A DNA stretch of 64,000 nucleotides from Acidimicrobiia bacterium. GTDB taxonomy: Bacteria; Actinomycetota; Acidimicrobiia; Acidimicrobiales; JANYDT01. Below, one piece after another: positions 17,564 to 27,067 of the stretch. Every line of letters starts with the position of its first letter. Position 1 is the stretch's first letter. A program made the translations under genes and the position numbers. The notes below the pieces were generated by a model. It ran no database searches. It was not told the DNA's origin and saw nothing but the letters and a program-made list of their open reading frames with translations. The stretch spans positions 7,858 to 71,857 of the forward strand of contig JANOJN010000272.1 in assembly GCA_031418775.1 (NCBI GenBank). Direction: 5' to 3'.

Positions 17564-18217
17564 TCAGCGCGCGTACATATCCAGGGCACGCTCCAGGGTG
17601 GTGCTGACGACGCCGTACTCGTCGATCACGGCGTCGAGCCAAGGGGCCCGGGCATGGGCCACTACGGCGACCGGTGTGGGGAGACCGGAGATCTCGACGG
17701 CGCTGCGGACGAACGACGTTGCGTAGTCCTTGGGACGGATGTCGGAGCTGAGCTCCATCAGTGCGTACGGGTCGGGAGTGCCGTCCGAGACGCGCTCGTC
17801 GGGGAACTCGACGGTGGTGGAACCAGGGCGGGTGCCGCCGCCGGCCAGACCGGTGCCGTCGTCGATGATGACACCACGGACGAGGTCGGGTCGGGCGCCC
17901 GCGATGAGCACACCGATGTAACCGCCGAGCCCCCGGCCCAGCACCGTTGCCGGACCGATCGCCGCAAGGGCGGCGTCGGCGTCGGACATGAGCTGCTCGC
18001 ACGAGTAGCCACCGCCGATGGCGGACTCGGACTCGCCATGCCCGCAGAAGTCGAGCGCGTGGATCGGTCCGGACCACGAAGCCAGCTCGTCGGGGACAGC
18101 CCTCGGCGAGGATTCACCAAGTCCGTGGAGCATGAGCAGTGCGGTACCGTCGCCGTCTCGGAGGGTGTGCAGCGCGAGGCGGAGACGTCCGTTCGTGAGC
18201 ATCGTCGTCGTGCTCAT
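17564..18217 (-). CDS. Short alpha/beta-hydrolase-fold protein lacking the nucleophile Ser
   Basis: LHGLG, ALDFCGHGES, elbow GRGLGG (Gly at the Ser position). Confidence 0.75.
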   Translation of the reverse strand: MSTTTMLTNGRLRLALHTLRDGDGTALLMLHGLGESSPRAVPDELASWSGPIHALDFCGHGESESAIGGGYSCEQLMSDADAALAAIGPATVLGRGLGGYIGVLIAGARPDLVRGVIIDDGTGLAGGGTRPGSTTVEFPDERVSDGTPDPYALMELSSDIRPKDYATSFVRSAVEISGLPTPVAVVAHARAPWLDAVIDEYGVVSTTLERALDMYAR

Positions 18218-19206
18218 GAGAGGAACTCCAAGATCACATTGGCGGTCTCGGCGGGGCGTTCGATGTGAATGAAGTGCCCAGTCTCCGCGAACGTCTCGAG
18301 GTGGCCGCCGCGAGGCAGTCGGCCTCGGAGGTCATCGGGCACGGTGCCCCACCCCATCTGCTCGACCTCGAGACCGAGCAGACCGAGAAAGGGCATGGGC
18401 AAACCCGGGAGGCCGTCGAGCGACCACGCCGGGCGCCACGGACCGAACCCGCCCATTCGCATCATCGGGTCGATCTTCCAACGCCATCCCTCGGCATCAT
18501 GCTTTGCGCCGACGGTGACGAGGTAGCTCAGCCATTCCTTGGTGAGGCGTGGATTCATCCGGGCGCGGCGCTTGGCCAGGTCGGCGATGGTGCCGGGCTT
18601 GCGCTGGCCGTCGGCGGACTTCCGTTTGTGGTCGAGCCAGCCGCCGAGATCCTGCTGGAGCAGACGGGTTCGTTCATGGTTCGACACGTCCGGAGCCGGC
18701 CGCATGGAGGGCAGGCCGTCGATGTTGACGACGTGGCTGAACCGGTGAGGGAGGGCCTGGGCGAGGCGCAGCGCCATCGCCCCTCCCTTCGAGTGGCCGA
18801 GAACGGGGGCAGGCTTCGATGTGACCATCGAGATGACGGTTGTGGCGTCGCGAATGTCGGCCGCCCAGCTGGTGAACGGCGTGGCGTCGGAGTCGCCGTG
18901 GTTTCGGTGGTCCCAGCTCACGACCCGCCATCCGCCGGCCGCGAGCATCGGAGCGAAGACATCGAACGTGCGGGAGAAGTCGAAGCCGCCGTGGAGCAGG
19001 AACAGGGGAGGGGCATGCTCGCTCCCCCACTCGCACACGGCGATCCCGACACCGTCGGCATCGGCTCGCCAGTGCCGGTCCGGGACCTGGGCGCCGGGGA
19101 AGCTCACGCCGTCTTCGGAGACGACGGCGCCGACGGACAGGTCGGCCAGGGTGACACCACCCTTGGCCCGGGTGCTGCTGATTCGGGTGGCCAACGAGGT
19201 GGTCAT
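18214..19206 (-). CDS. Alpha/beta hydrolase
   Basis: LHGGFD, DHRNHGDS, GHSKGG, GHFIHIE. Confidence 0.88.
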   Translation of the reverse strand: MTTSLATRISSTRAKGGVTLADLSVGAVVSEDGVSFPGAQVPDRHWRADADGVGIAVCEWGSEHAPPLFLLHGGFDFSRTFDVFAPMLAAGGWRVVSWDHRNHGDSDATPFTSWAADIRDATTVISMVTSKPAPVLGHSKGGAMALRLAQALPHRFSHVVNIDGLPSMRPAPDVSNHERTRLLQQDLGGWLDHKRKSADGQRKPGTIADLAKRRARMNPRLTKEWLSYLVTVGAKHDAEGWRWKIDPMMRMGGFGPWRPAWSLDGLPGLPMPFLGLLGLEVEQMGWGTVPDDLRGRLPRGGHLETFAETGHFIHIERPAETANVILEFLS

Positions 19207-20750
19207 CGGAGCTCCATGCGGTTGGGGGTGCCGGGTTCCTTCGGGTCGTCCGACGGCACGCCGCCGGTCACGTGCACGGCCCGACCGATGCCCTCTGATG
19301 TCATCAGCGCGCGTACTTCTTCATCTGTGCACGTACCGTTGCCGACGGTTCGACGTCCATCGGCGAAGCGGACGACGATGATCGTGCGGACCGCCGTCCC
19401 GTTACGGTCATGCTCCACGGTGTAGGTCTCGATCACAGCGTCGCCGCTTACCCCGTCGACGAGCTCCGGGCCGGTGAGCTCGCTCGGTGGAAGGACGACC
19501 TTGGTGGCCCGACCGTCCGCACCGGAGAACGTAGAGGGGTCGGTCGACAAGACGTTGTATGCGTGCTTGGTGGCGGTCATCCCAAGCGAGCTGACAAGGC
19601 CGACCGTGGCGGGGTCGCCGGGGTCGCGCAATCGCTGCGTCATGGCCGCGAGCCCGTGGAGGGCATAGCTGTTCCCCGGTCCTCCGGCATACGCCAGACC
19701 ACCGGTGACCGTGACTCCGCGCGGGTCGTCGTCGGCAACGCCCAACTCGGCCAGGGCCATCTCGACCGCTGACGGGAAGCACGAGTACAGATCGAACAGA
19801 TCGACCCGGTCCACCCCGAGCCCGGCATGTGCGAATGCCGCGGCCGACGATGCCCGCATCGCCGGTGAAGTGGTGAAATCCAGGCGTTCGGTGGGGGTCC
19901 ACGCGTCGACGGCGCTGGCACCGCCGAGGAACGCGACCTGATGCACGGGGGCGATGCCGCGACGGTCAGCCTCCTCGTTGCTCATGACCACGACAGCCGC
20001 CGAGAGGTCGACCTCCATGATCGCGTTCATGCGCTTCGGGTACGGGAAGCAGACCCATCGGTTGTCCGCCGTCGGAGTGGCGATCTCTTCCGCGGTGTAG
20101 GCGACCCGGAACCATGCATAGGGGTTCGTCGCCGCCACGGCGGCGTTCCGGGCCATGAAGGTGCCGAGGAATGCCTGATGCGCGTCGACGGTACGCCCGG
20201 CTTTCGCCCGCAATGCGTTCTCGTAGAGCGGATAGCAGTGGATGGGTCCGGTCATGCCGTGGCGCGCTTCGAGCGGGTTGGTGAGCGATCGCTGGCCTTT
20301 GAGGAAGTCGCGATGGCCCTCGAACGGGGTCCACTCGAGAGGGATCTGCTCCTTGATGGCCCGCCTTCGGCCGTAGACGCATTCCGACCCGGCGAGGATT
20401 GCCACCTCGGCATCGCCGGCCAAAATGCGATTGGCCAGCGTGTTGAGGAGCTCGCCTGGTGAGTTGCCGCCCGGGGGCACGGTCAAGCCCTCGGGCGCGG
20501 AGGTGACCCCGGCGAGCCCGGCGACCGTGGCACACAGTTCGGTGTAGCCCCACGCCAGCGGATCGACGCAGGCCAGCAATGCTGTCGATGCCTCGATCGG
20601 TTCGCCGGTCGCTCCGAGCGACACGGTGTCGGCAATGGCCCGGCGGATCGCCTCAGCCATCATCGCCGCCGGCTCCCAGGGCTCGAAGGGTCCGTCCAGC
20701 TTGGGGTTGCGCCGGTATTGTCCGGCACCGACGAGTACGGCTTTACGCAT
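19203..20750 (-). CDS. Thiolase-like protein (TLP1-type, extra C-terminal domain)
   Basis: MRKAVLVGAGQ, GGNSPG in place of the thiolase Cys loop, YPKRMNAIMEVD, DLYSCFP, VTGGLAYAGGPGNSY; AGGAG RBS. Confidence 0.85.
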   Translation of the reverse strand: MRKAVLVGAGQYRRNPKLDGPFEPWEPAAMMAEAIRRAIADTVSLGATGEPIEASTALLACVDPLAWGYTELCATVAGLAGVTSAPEGLTVPPGGNSPGELLNTLANRILAGDAEVAILAGSECVYGRRRAIKEQIPLEWTPFEGHRDFLKGQRSLTNPLEARHGMTGPIHCYPLYENALRAKAGRTVDAHQAFLGTFMARNAAVAATNPYAWFRVAYTAEEIATPTADNRWVCFPYPKRMNAIMEVDLSAAVVVMSNEEADRRGIAPVHQVAFLGGASAVDAWTPTERLDFTTSPAMRASSAAAFAHAGLGVDRVDLFDLYSCFPSAVEMALAELGVADDDPRGVTVTGGLAYAGGPGNSYALHGLAAMTQRLRDPGDPATVGLVSSLGMTATKHAYNVLSTDPSTFSGADGRATKVVLPPSELTGPELVDGVSGDAVIETYTVEHDRNGTAVRTIIVVRFADGRRTVGNGTCTDEEVRALMTSEGIGRAVHVTGGVPSDDPKEPGTPNRMELR

Positions 20751-20805
20751 TGGTTGCTCCTGCGCGTGGGCTGGGTCCGGCACCGACGAGTACGGCTTCT
20801 TGCAT
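20721..20805 (-). repeat. 23-bp direct repeat duplicating the thiolase 5' end, creating a 20-aa upstream ORF (20743-20805)
   Basis: TCCGGCACCGACGAGTACGGCTT at 20721-20743 and 20776-20798; uORF MQEAVLVGAGPSPRAGATNA versus gene start MRKAVLVGAGQ. Confidence 0.8.
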
Positions 20806-21069
20806 GCGCTCACTGCTCCTTGGTCGTCATCGTCCCCTCGCGCCCCAGTCGGCGGCAGCGGGACGCACGGCGTCGTCGGTCCGCGGCCTGCCGGCGACGA
20901 GGAGCGTCCAGCGACACGGGTCAGGCTACGAGGTGATCGCCCGGCGAAGCCATCTGGGGCCGGAGGGCCGGCCCAACTTCTCGTCGGGGGTAGGCCCTTC
21001 GCATCATTTCTGCGGCTGCCGACGGCCAACAGCCGATGACAACGGGGTCGGTATCCGTCGTCGGTAGGG

Positions 21070-21873
21070 TTGGTGATCATGTCCCGCAAAGAGTTCGTCG
21101 TACCTGGGCCTCGTCGGGTGGTCCTCTCGGGGCCGTTCTGCTTCCTGACCGGTGCACTTCTCCTGACCGTCGTCGTTGCTCCGACCGCCGTGGCCGCCGT
21201 CAAAGCCGCTCCCGTCAAGGCCGCACCCGTCACGGCAGCGCCGGGGGATTCATGCGCTGGAGCGGCCCGGGCCGCGGTCGACGAGGCCGGCCGTCAACTG
21301 CAATGCGTAACCACCTCGGTCGGCAGGATCTGGGCGTGGGGCCGAGCCCCCACGGAACTCGCCCTAGCCGTCGCGCCGGCGTCGTGGTCGGGCGTGTTGG
21401 CCGACGAGAGCGGCGCCAATGCCGAGGCGCCCGTCCCTGCCCTTCCGGGTCGCTATGCGAACAGGGCAGCCATGGAGGCACGTCTCGTCGAGCTGGCCAA
21501 CGATGCCCGTGCGGCCAAAGGGCTGCGACGTCTCATCGTCGATCCACGCCTGACCCGTCTCACCAGATGGTGGGCGGCGAGCGCTGCTCAACCGGCCTAC
21601 GCCGGGCGGGGCACGAACCACTGCCCGGCGAATCTGTGCGCGGTCCGAGCTGCCGAGATCGGCTATCCGAGCTTCGGTGAGGTGATCCGTGCATGGAACC
21701 CCTTTCCGATGGGTGACATGGCCGGAGAGCGCTTCTTCGTCGACTCACCGCGACACATGGCGATCCTCACGAATCCGAAGGTCACCCACATCGGCTTCGG
21801 GGTTCAGATCGTCGGGGATGCGACGAATCCGCAATCCGTCATCGTGGTCGGCCAGGTCGGCCGGGCCCGGTAG
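21070..21873 (+). CDS. Secreted CAP/SCP-domain protein 2
   Basis: Signal-like N-terminus, small Cys-pair module, ELANDARAAKGL, GEVI, FVDSPRHMAILTNPKVTHIGFG. Confidence 0.8.
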   Translation: MVIMSRKEFVVPGPRRVVLSGPFCFLTGALLLTVVVAPTAVAAVKAAPVKAAPVTAAPGDSCAGAARAAVDEAGRQLQCVTTSVGRIWAWGRAPTELALAVAPASWSGVLADESGANAEAPVPALPGRYANRAAMEARLVELANDARAAKGLRRLIVDPRLTRLTRWWAASAAQPAYAGRGTNHCPANLCAVRAAEIGYPSFGEVIRAWNPFPMGDMAGERFFVDSPRHMAILTNPKVTHIGFGVQIVGDATNPQSVIVVGQVGRAR

Positions 21874-21889
21874 CGCCCGGCCCGGTGGG

Positions 21890-21935
21890 AGCTTCGGGGT
21901 CTGAGTTGCTCTGAGAGCAACGGATACCCCGAGCT
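21890..21935 (+). terminator. GC-rich compound hairpin downstream of CAP gene 2
   Basis: AGCT-T-CGGGGT...ACCCCG-AGCT enclosing GTTGCTC-tga-GAGCAAC; no U tract. Confidence 0.5.
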
Positions 21936-21992
21936 ACGACGGCGCCGAGGTCACCTTCACGGTTCGTCCGGCGTCGTGGCAGCATGGCGGCC

Positions 21993-22790
21993 ATGAGCGA
22001 GAACCTCGTCGGAGTCCATGTCGAAGACCACGTGGTCGTGGTTGAGCTGCAGCAGGGTCCGCACAACTTCGCGTCCGCCCCCTTGCTGCACGCGGCTGTT
22101 GACGCCGTGCTCGCCGCAGTTGCCGACGGCGCCCGGGCGGCGATGCTGTGCTCGGAAGGGAAGTCCTTCTGCGCTGGCGCGCAGTTCTCCGGTGGAGCGG
22201 GGCAGAAGGCAGCCAGCTTCGGCAGGTATGTCCAGAACGACACTGGATCAGAGATCGGCCCGTTCTACGAGGCGGCGCTTCGGGTGTTCGAGGTCACTGT
22301 GCCTATCGTCGCCGCCGTCCACGGTCCTGCGGTGGGCGCAGGTTTCGGCCTCGCCACGGCGTGCGACCTGCGGGTGACCTGTCCTGAAGCCTTCTTCGCC
22401 ACGAACTTCGTCAAGCTCGGTATCCACCCGGGTTTCGGCATCTCGATCACGTTGCCCGAACTGATCGGACCGGCGCAGGCGGCCGACCTGCTGCTCACCG
22501 GACGGCGGATCGCCGGGGAAGAGGCGTTCGCACTTGGACTCAGCAACCGGCTCGTCGCCCAGAACGACGTCCGCTCCACGGCGCTCGCGCTGGCCAAGGA
22601 GATCGCCGCGAACGCGCCGCTTGCCGTCCAGGCGACCCGGGCCACGCTTCGTGACGGGCTCGCCGCTCGTGTCCGAACCGCTCTGCTCCACGAGCGCCGC
22701 ACTCAGGACCGACTCGCGGCAACCGCCGACGCAGAAGAGGGCATCGCCTCGATGCTGGAGCGCCGGCCGCCGGTCTTCCACGGGAAATAA
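21993..22790 (+). CDS. Enoyl-CoA hydratase/isomerase
   Basis: SFCAGA, AAVHGPAVGAGFGLATACDLR, FVKLGIHPGFG, NAPLAV. Confidence 0.9.
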   Translation: MSENLVGVHVEDHVVVVELQQGPHNFASAPLLHAAVDAVLAAVADGARAAMLCSEGKSFCAGAQFSGGAGQKAASFGRYVQNDTGSEIGPFYEAALRVFEVTVPIVAAVHGPAVGAGFGLATACDLRVTCPEAFFATNFVKLGIHPGFGISITLPELIGPAQAADLLLTGRRIAGEEAFALGLSNRLVAQNDVRSTALALAKEIAANAPLAVQATRATLRDGLAARVRTALLHERRTQDRLAATADAEEGIASMLERRPPVFHGK

Positions 22791-22801
22791 GCGCGCTTAG
22801 C

Positions 22802-23827
22802 TCAGTCGCCCCAGCGGCGAAGAAGGTCGCGCCACCCCGGACCCCATGGTGCGGCTGACCCGTCGGGAAACAACGCGTGCTCGCAGCGGGCGGAGTATGC
22901 GAGCGCGTTCTGCACTCCGGCGTGCGCAAGGGCGCGTTCATCGGCGCTGAACGGCACCGTGCGTGCCGTCTCGTAGTCACCGATGAATCCCAGGACTTCG
23001 TCGATCATCGGAATCATGGGATCGGCAAGCGACCAGTTGGTCGAGAAGGCTCGGGCGACGCCGCCGACGACCCACGGTTCGGCGTCGGCGATCAGGCTGT
23101 CGAGGTCGTAGATGGAGGTGACGCGGGGCGTCGGGGCCTCAGTGACGAGGATGTTCTCCGGACGGAGGTCGCTGTGTGCGACGACCAGGCGTCCGACGCC
23201 TTCGGCCGTCAGGCGCGTCTTCGCCGCGAGAGCCCGGGCGTTGAGTTCGTCGATCCATTCCGCCCCGCCTGTGGTTGCAACGAAATCGAAGATGGGGGAG
23301 TGGGGCGGCGGGTAAGGGCCTGTCCATCCCGGACGCAGGTCCGCAAGGGTCTCGGCGTCGAGTGCCTGCACGATGTCGTGCAGTGCGACGGCTAGTGCCC
23401 GCCGCAGTGGCGGTGGGCGGACATCGAGGGTGGTGCCCGCCTCGAGCCAGGTCTCCACGACTGCCCAACCGTTCCCCACCGGGATCGGTTCGAGGGACAG
23501 TGGGACGGCGACCGGAAGCCCCGCCGTTCGCAACACCCGCTGGGCCCGCAGGACGCCGGTCAGCCGATCGCCGGAATGACCCCGGTGCACCTTCAGCACG
23601 ATGCGCCGGCCGCCGGTGAGGTCGAACCCGACGACGATTCCCGAACCGGAGCGGACCAGAACCACCGCGACAGGAACGCCGAACGGGGAGGCCGCATCGA
23701 CGATGGCAGCCGCCGCGGCGTGGAACGATGCCTCTTCGCTCGGCTGACCGTCGCCGAACAGCTCTGCGACCAAAGGACCGGCAGAGGCTGAGCGCAGCGC
23801 GTTGGTCAGAGCGCCCGTGAGAGTCAT
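22802..23827 (-). CDS. APH/ThrB-II-like phosphotransferase
   Basis: VLKVH, HSDLRPENILV, IYDLDS; ATG at 23827 inferred. Confidence 0.75.
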   Translation of the reverse strand: MTLTGALTNALRSASAGPLVAELFGDGQPSEEASFHAAAAAIVDAASPFGVPVAVVLVRSGSGIVVGFDLTGGRRIVLKVHRGHSGDRLTGVLRAQRVLRTAGLPVAVPLSLEPIPVGNGWAVVETWLEAGTTLDVRPPPLRRALAVALHDIVQALDAETLADLRPGWTGPYPPPHSPIFDFVATTGGAEWIDELNARALAAKTRLTAEGVGRLVVAHSDLRPENILVTEAPTPRVTSIYDLDSLIADAEPWVVGGVARAFSTNWSLADPMIPMIDEVLGFIGDYETARTVPFSADERALAHAGVQNALAYSARCEHALFPDGSAAPWGPGWRDLLRRWGD

Positions 23828-23880
23828 CGGAAAACAGTCTCGCCGTCGGAGTGATGCGTCGTGGCACGACTCGCCCGTCG

Positions 23881-23912
23881 AAAAAACCGGCGTAAACACT
23901 TTGTAAAGCCGG
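23881..23912. promoter_or_regulatory. AT-rich putative regulatory site in the divergent kinase/PLP intergenic region
   Basis: CCGGC-GTAAACACTTTGTAAA-GCCGG; GTAAA at 23892 and 23903. Confidence 0.3.
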
Positions 23913-23926
23913 ATCCGCGTACCAGT

Positions 23927-25471
23927 ATGAGTCGGGTGAGTACGACTTCGACTTCGCGAACCCTCAGCCCGGACCTCCGGCTTGGTCTGACCTCGGAGAT
24001 GGTCGACCAAGGCTCCTTCGATCGGGCAGTCGAGCGATTTCGGGAGCGCAAGATCGCTCTGCCGACGTTCGCTCAGGTGGCTGATCCCACCCTCCAGCCA
24101 GCTGGCGCCCTGGCGTCCCTCCAGGGCGTCGATCCCGATGCGGCCGACAACCGCAACCTCTGGCGGGTCAACTGGTTCAACGGCTCCGATCGCAAGAGTC
24201 GTGTCGAGGTGCCCGTCCATGTGGTCCTCCCGTCATCGCTCACCGGGGTCGAGGCCACCATCGTCGTGATGCTGGGCAACAAGTTCCCCATGATTCGTGC
24301 CCACAAGGTGCAGGCTGCCTACGCCGTCCTTGCGCCGAGGCTTGTCACGGGGCAGTTCGACCCGACGTCTCAACGCGCTATCTGGCCGTCGACCGGAAAC
24401 TACGCGCGCGGAGGAGTTGCCATCTCGCGTCTCATGGCGTGCCGCGGCACGGCGGTGCTCCCGGAAGGGATGTCGAAGGAGCGATTCGACTGGCTGGCGC
24501 AATGGACGGAGGACCCCTCTGATGTCGTTCGCACGCCGGGCACCGAGTCCAACGTGAAGGAGATCTACGACACGTGCAACGAGTTGGCCAAGGACCCGCA
24601 GAACGTGATCCTCAACCAGTTCAGCGAGTTCGCCAACTACCTCGGGCACTTGCACGTGACGGGGCGAGCCCTGGGCATGGTGTTCGAACACGTGGCATCG
24701 CAGATGCCGTCAACGGCCCACCCGAAACTTCGGTGGTTCACCAGTGCCACAGGTTCCGCAGGAACGATCGCCGCCGGCGACTACCTGAAGGAGCGTTACG
24801 GCACGAACATCGCGGCGCTTGAGGCGCTCGAGTGCCCGACGATGCTGAAGAACGGCTTCGGTGAGCACAACATCCAAGGCATCGGCGACAAGCACATACC
24901 GCTGATCCACAACGTGATGAACAGCGATGCGGTCATCGCCATCAGCGACAAGGCCACGGACAATCTCGACATCCTGTTCAACACCGCCGCCGGCATGGCC
25001 CACCTGCGTGATCGCCTTGGCGTGCCAGGTGCCGTCATCGAGCAACTCACCCACTTCGGCTACTCGGCCATCTGCAACACGCTCGGCGCGATCAAGTTGG
25101 CCAAGGAGTTCCGCATGACGGCCGACGACGTCATCGTCACCGTCGCGACGGACGGATCGGAGCTCTACCCGAGTGAGCGGGAGAAGTTCCTGGCGCGCGA
25201 CTACTCGCAGGGCTTCGGGGCGGTCGACGCTGCGGAGGTGACGGGCCGATACCTCCAGGCGGTCGACCGCGAGAACATGATCCAGCTCACGGAGATGGAT
25301 CGCGAGCGGGTCTTCAACCTCGGGTACTACACGTGGGTCGAGCAGCAGGGCACCTCGTTCGCCGACTTCACCGCCCGCAAGGAGCAGTCGTGGTGGAAAG
25401 CACTACGCGACCTTGTGCCCGTGTGGGACGAGCGGATCACCGACTTCAACCAGCGCACCGGGATGGCGTGA
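23927..25471 (+). CDS. PLP-dependent fold-type II enzyme (cysteine synthase-like beta family)
   Basis: RAHKVQAAY PLP-Lys, LVTGQFDP, WPSTGNYARGG, SATGSAGTIAAGDYLK, HNIQGIGDKH. Confidence 0.85.
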   Translation: MSRVSTTSTSRTLSPDLRLGLTSEMVDQGSFDRAVERFRERKIALPTFAQVADPTLQPAGALASLQGVDPDAADNRNLWRVNWFNGSDRKSRVEVPVHVVLPSSLTGVEATIVVMLGNKFPMIRAHKVQAAYAVLAPRLVTGQFDPTSQRAIWPSTGNYARGGVAISRLMACRGTAVLPEGMSKERFDWLAQWTEDPSDVVRTPGTESNVKEIYDTCNELAKDPQNVILNQFSEFANYLGHLHVTGRALGMVFEHVASQMPSTAHPKLRWFTSATGSAGTIAAGDYLKERYGTNIAALEALECPTMLKNGFGEHNIQGIGDKHIPLIHNVMNSDAVIAISDKATDNLDILFNTAAGMAHLRDRLGVPGAVIEQLTHFGYSAICNTLGAIKLAKEFRMTADDVIVTVATDGSELYPSEREKFLARDYSQGFGAVDAAEVTGRYLQAVDRENMIQLTEMDRERVFNLGYYTWVEQQGTSFADFTARKEQSWWKALRDLVPVWDERITDFNQRTGMA

Positions 25472-25519
25472 CGGTTCGATGGTTGCGGCGGTTCTCTTGG
25501 CGTCGACGGTGAACATCGC

Positions 25520-26911
25520 GTGAGCGTCTCTGTCGTCCTCCGATGCGCGGGGTGCGCGGCGACGGTCGACCCGCTCGATGTCGGCGCTCCCGCGCCGTTT
25601 CGCTGTCCGAACGCCGGTCGCGCCCCGAACGTCGACCATGTCCTGACCTGGGACCCGCTCCTCGGCGGAGTGCGCGGCTGGCCCGACGATACCTCGACCA
25701 ATCCGTTCGTCCGCTATCGGACGCTGCACCACAGTTACCACCTCCACCTCGGCCTCGGGGGCACCGACGCCGAATACGTTCGCCTGGTCGAGCGCATCGA
25801 TGCCGCATTGATCAAGAACGGCGGACCCGGGTTCCGCGTCGCCCCGGTGCTTCCGCTCGACGCGCTGAGTGCAGCCACGGGAGTGGATGTCTGGGGTCGC
25901 GACGACACGATTGGTGTTGCGGGATCGCACAAGGCCCGTCATCTCATGGCGATCCTCCTGCACCTCGAGGTGCGCAAGGTCCCGCTGCGCACACCTCTTG
26001 CCATCGCTTCGTGCGGCAACGCCGCCCTCGCTGCGGCAACCCTGGCCCGGGCTGCAGGCCGAACCGTTCAGGTGTTCGTGCCGACATGGGCGAACCCCGC
26101 GGTGCTCGTCGAACTGCGGGCCCTCGGCGCCCGAATCGTGGAGTGCCAGCGCAAGGACACGGATCCGCCGGGTGACCCCTGCCTGCATCGCTTTCACGAA
26201 GCGGTGGGAAAAGGTGCGCTTCCCTTCTGCGTGCAAGGTACCGAGAACGGGTTCACGATCGACGGCGGAGCGACCTCGGGACAAGAGTTCGTCGATGCGT
26301 TCGCCATGCTCGGTGTACCTGATCGACTCTTCGTGCAGGTGGGGGGCGGCGCCTGGGCCTCGGGGGTGTGGCGGGGACTGCGCGACGGTCGCGGTCTCGG
26401 GGTGATCGATCGACTCCCGGCCCTTCACTGCGTGCAGGCCCAAGGGTGTGCGCCGCTCGTGGAGGCTTGGCGTGCGGTGGCCGGCCGGGCCCTTCGGGCG
26501 TTGGGGCATGACGATTTGTTCGACGAGGGCTTCGACGTGGTTGCCGCCGCGTTGGTGACGAACGAGGCGCGCAGCGCCGTCGAATCCGCCATGCAGTGGG
26601 CGCTCACCCACCGACCCGCCGTGATGCCGGTGTGGCATGACCCGCACAGCATCGCCACCGGGATCCTCGACGACGAGGCCTACGACTGGGCGGTGCTGGT
26701 GCGCAGCATGCTGGTGAGCGGCGGGTGGCCGGTCACCGTGTCGGACGACCAGCTCACCGCGGCAACCACATTCGTGAACGGCGGGTCGATCGATGCCGAC
26801 GAGACAGGGTCGGCGGCGGCCGCCGGCCTGCTGGCGTTTCGGGACCGCGGGTGGGGTGCCGCCGACGAGCGTGTCGCCGTGACCGTCACGGGAATCCGCC
26901 GGCGTCGATGA
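25520..26911 (+). CDS. Threonine synthase-like PLP enzyme with N-terminal Cys motif
   Basis: CAGC...CPN, GSHKARH, ASCGNAALA, VQVGGG, SIATGILD, ETGSAAAAG. Confidence 0.8.
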   Translation: MSVSVVLRCAGCAATVDPLDVGAPAPFRCPNAGRAPNVDHVLTWDPLLGGVRGWPDDTSTNPFVRYRTLHHSYHLHLGLGGTDAEYVRLVERIDAALIKNGGPGFRVAPVLPLDALSAATGVDVWGRDDTIGVAGSHKARHLMAILLHLEVRKVPLRTPLAIASCGNAALAAATLARAAGRTVQVFVPTWANPAVLVELRALGARIVECQRKDTDPPGDPCLHRFHEAVGKGALPFCVQGTENGFTIDGGATSGQEFVDAFAMLGVPDRLFVQVGGGAWASGVWRGLRDGRGLGVIDRLPALHCVQAQGCAPLVEAWRAVAGRALRALGHDDLFDEGFDVVAAALVTNEARSAVESAMQWALTHRPAVMPVWHDPHSIATGILDDEAYDWAVLVRSMLVSGGWPVTVSDDQLTAATTFVNGGSIDADETGSAAAAGLLAFRDRGWGAADERVAVTVTGIRRRR

Positions 26912-26939
26912 CCAACGAGCCGGTAGCGGGTGCGGAAGG

Positions 26940-27009
26940 TGCGGCAAATCACCTCCCAGGGTCGTTGGGAGGCGTTTTGCCCCCAGATATGGGGGCAACC
27001 TCTCTCCCA
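26940..27009 (+). repeat. Dispersed two-hairpin intergenic element, copy 2
   Basis: TGCGGCAAATCACCTCCCAGGGTCGTTGGGAGGCGTTTTGCCCCCAGATATGGGGGCAACCTCTCTCCCA. Confidence 0.85.
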
Positions 27010-27067
27010 ACGTTCCCCTGAGGAGTTCCGCCGGGCTCCGGTGATGACGGGCTAACCTGGCGAACGA

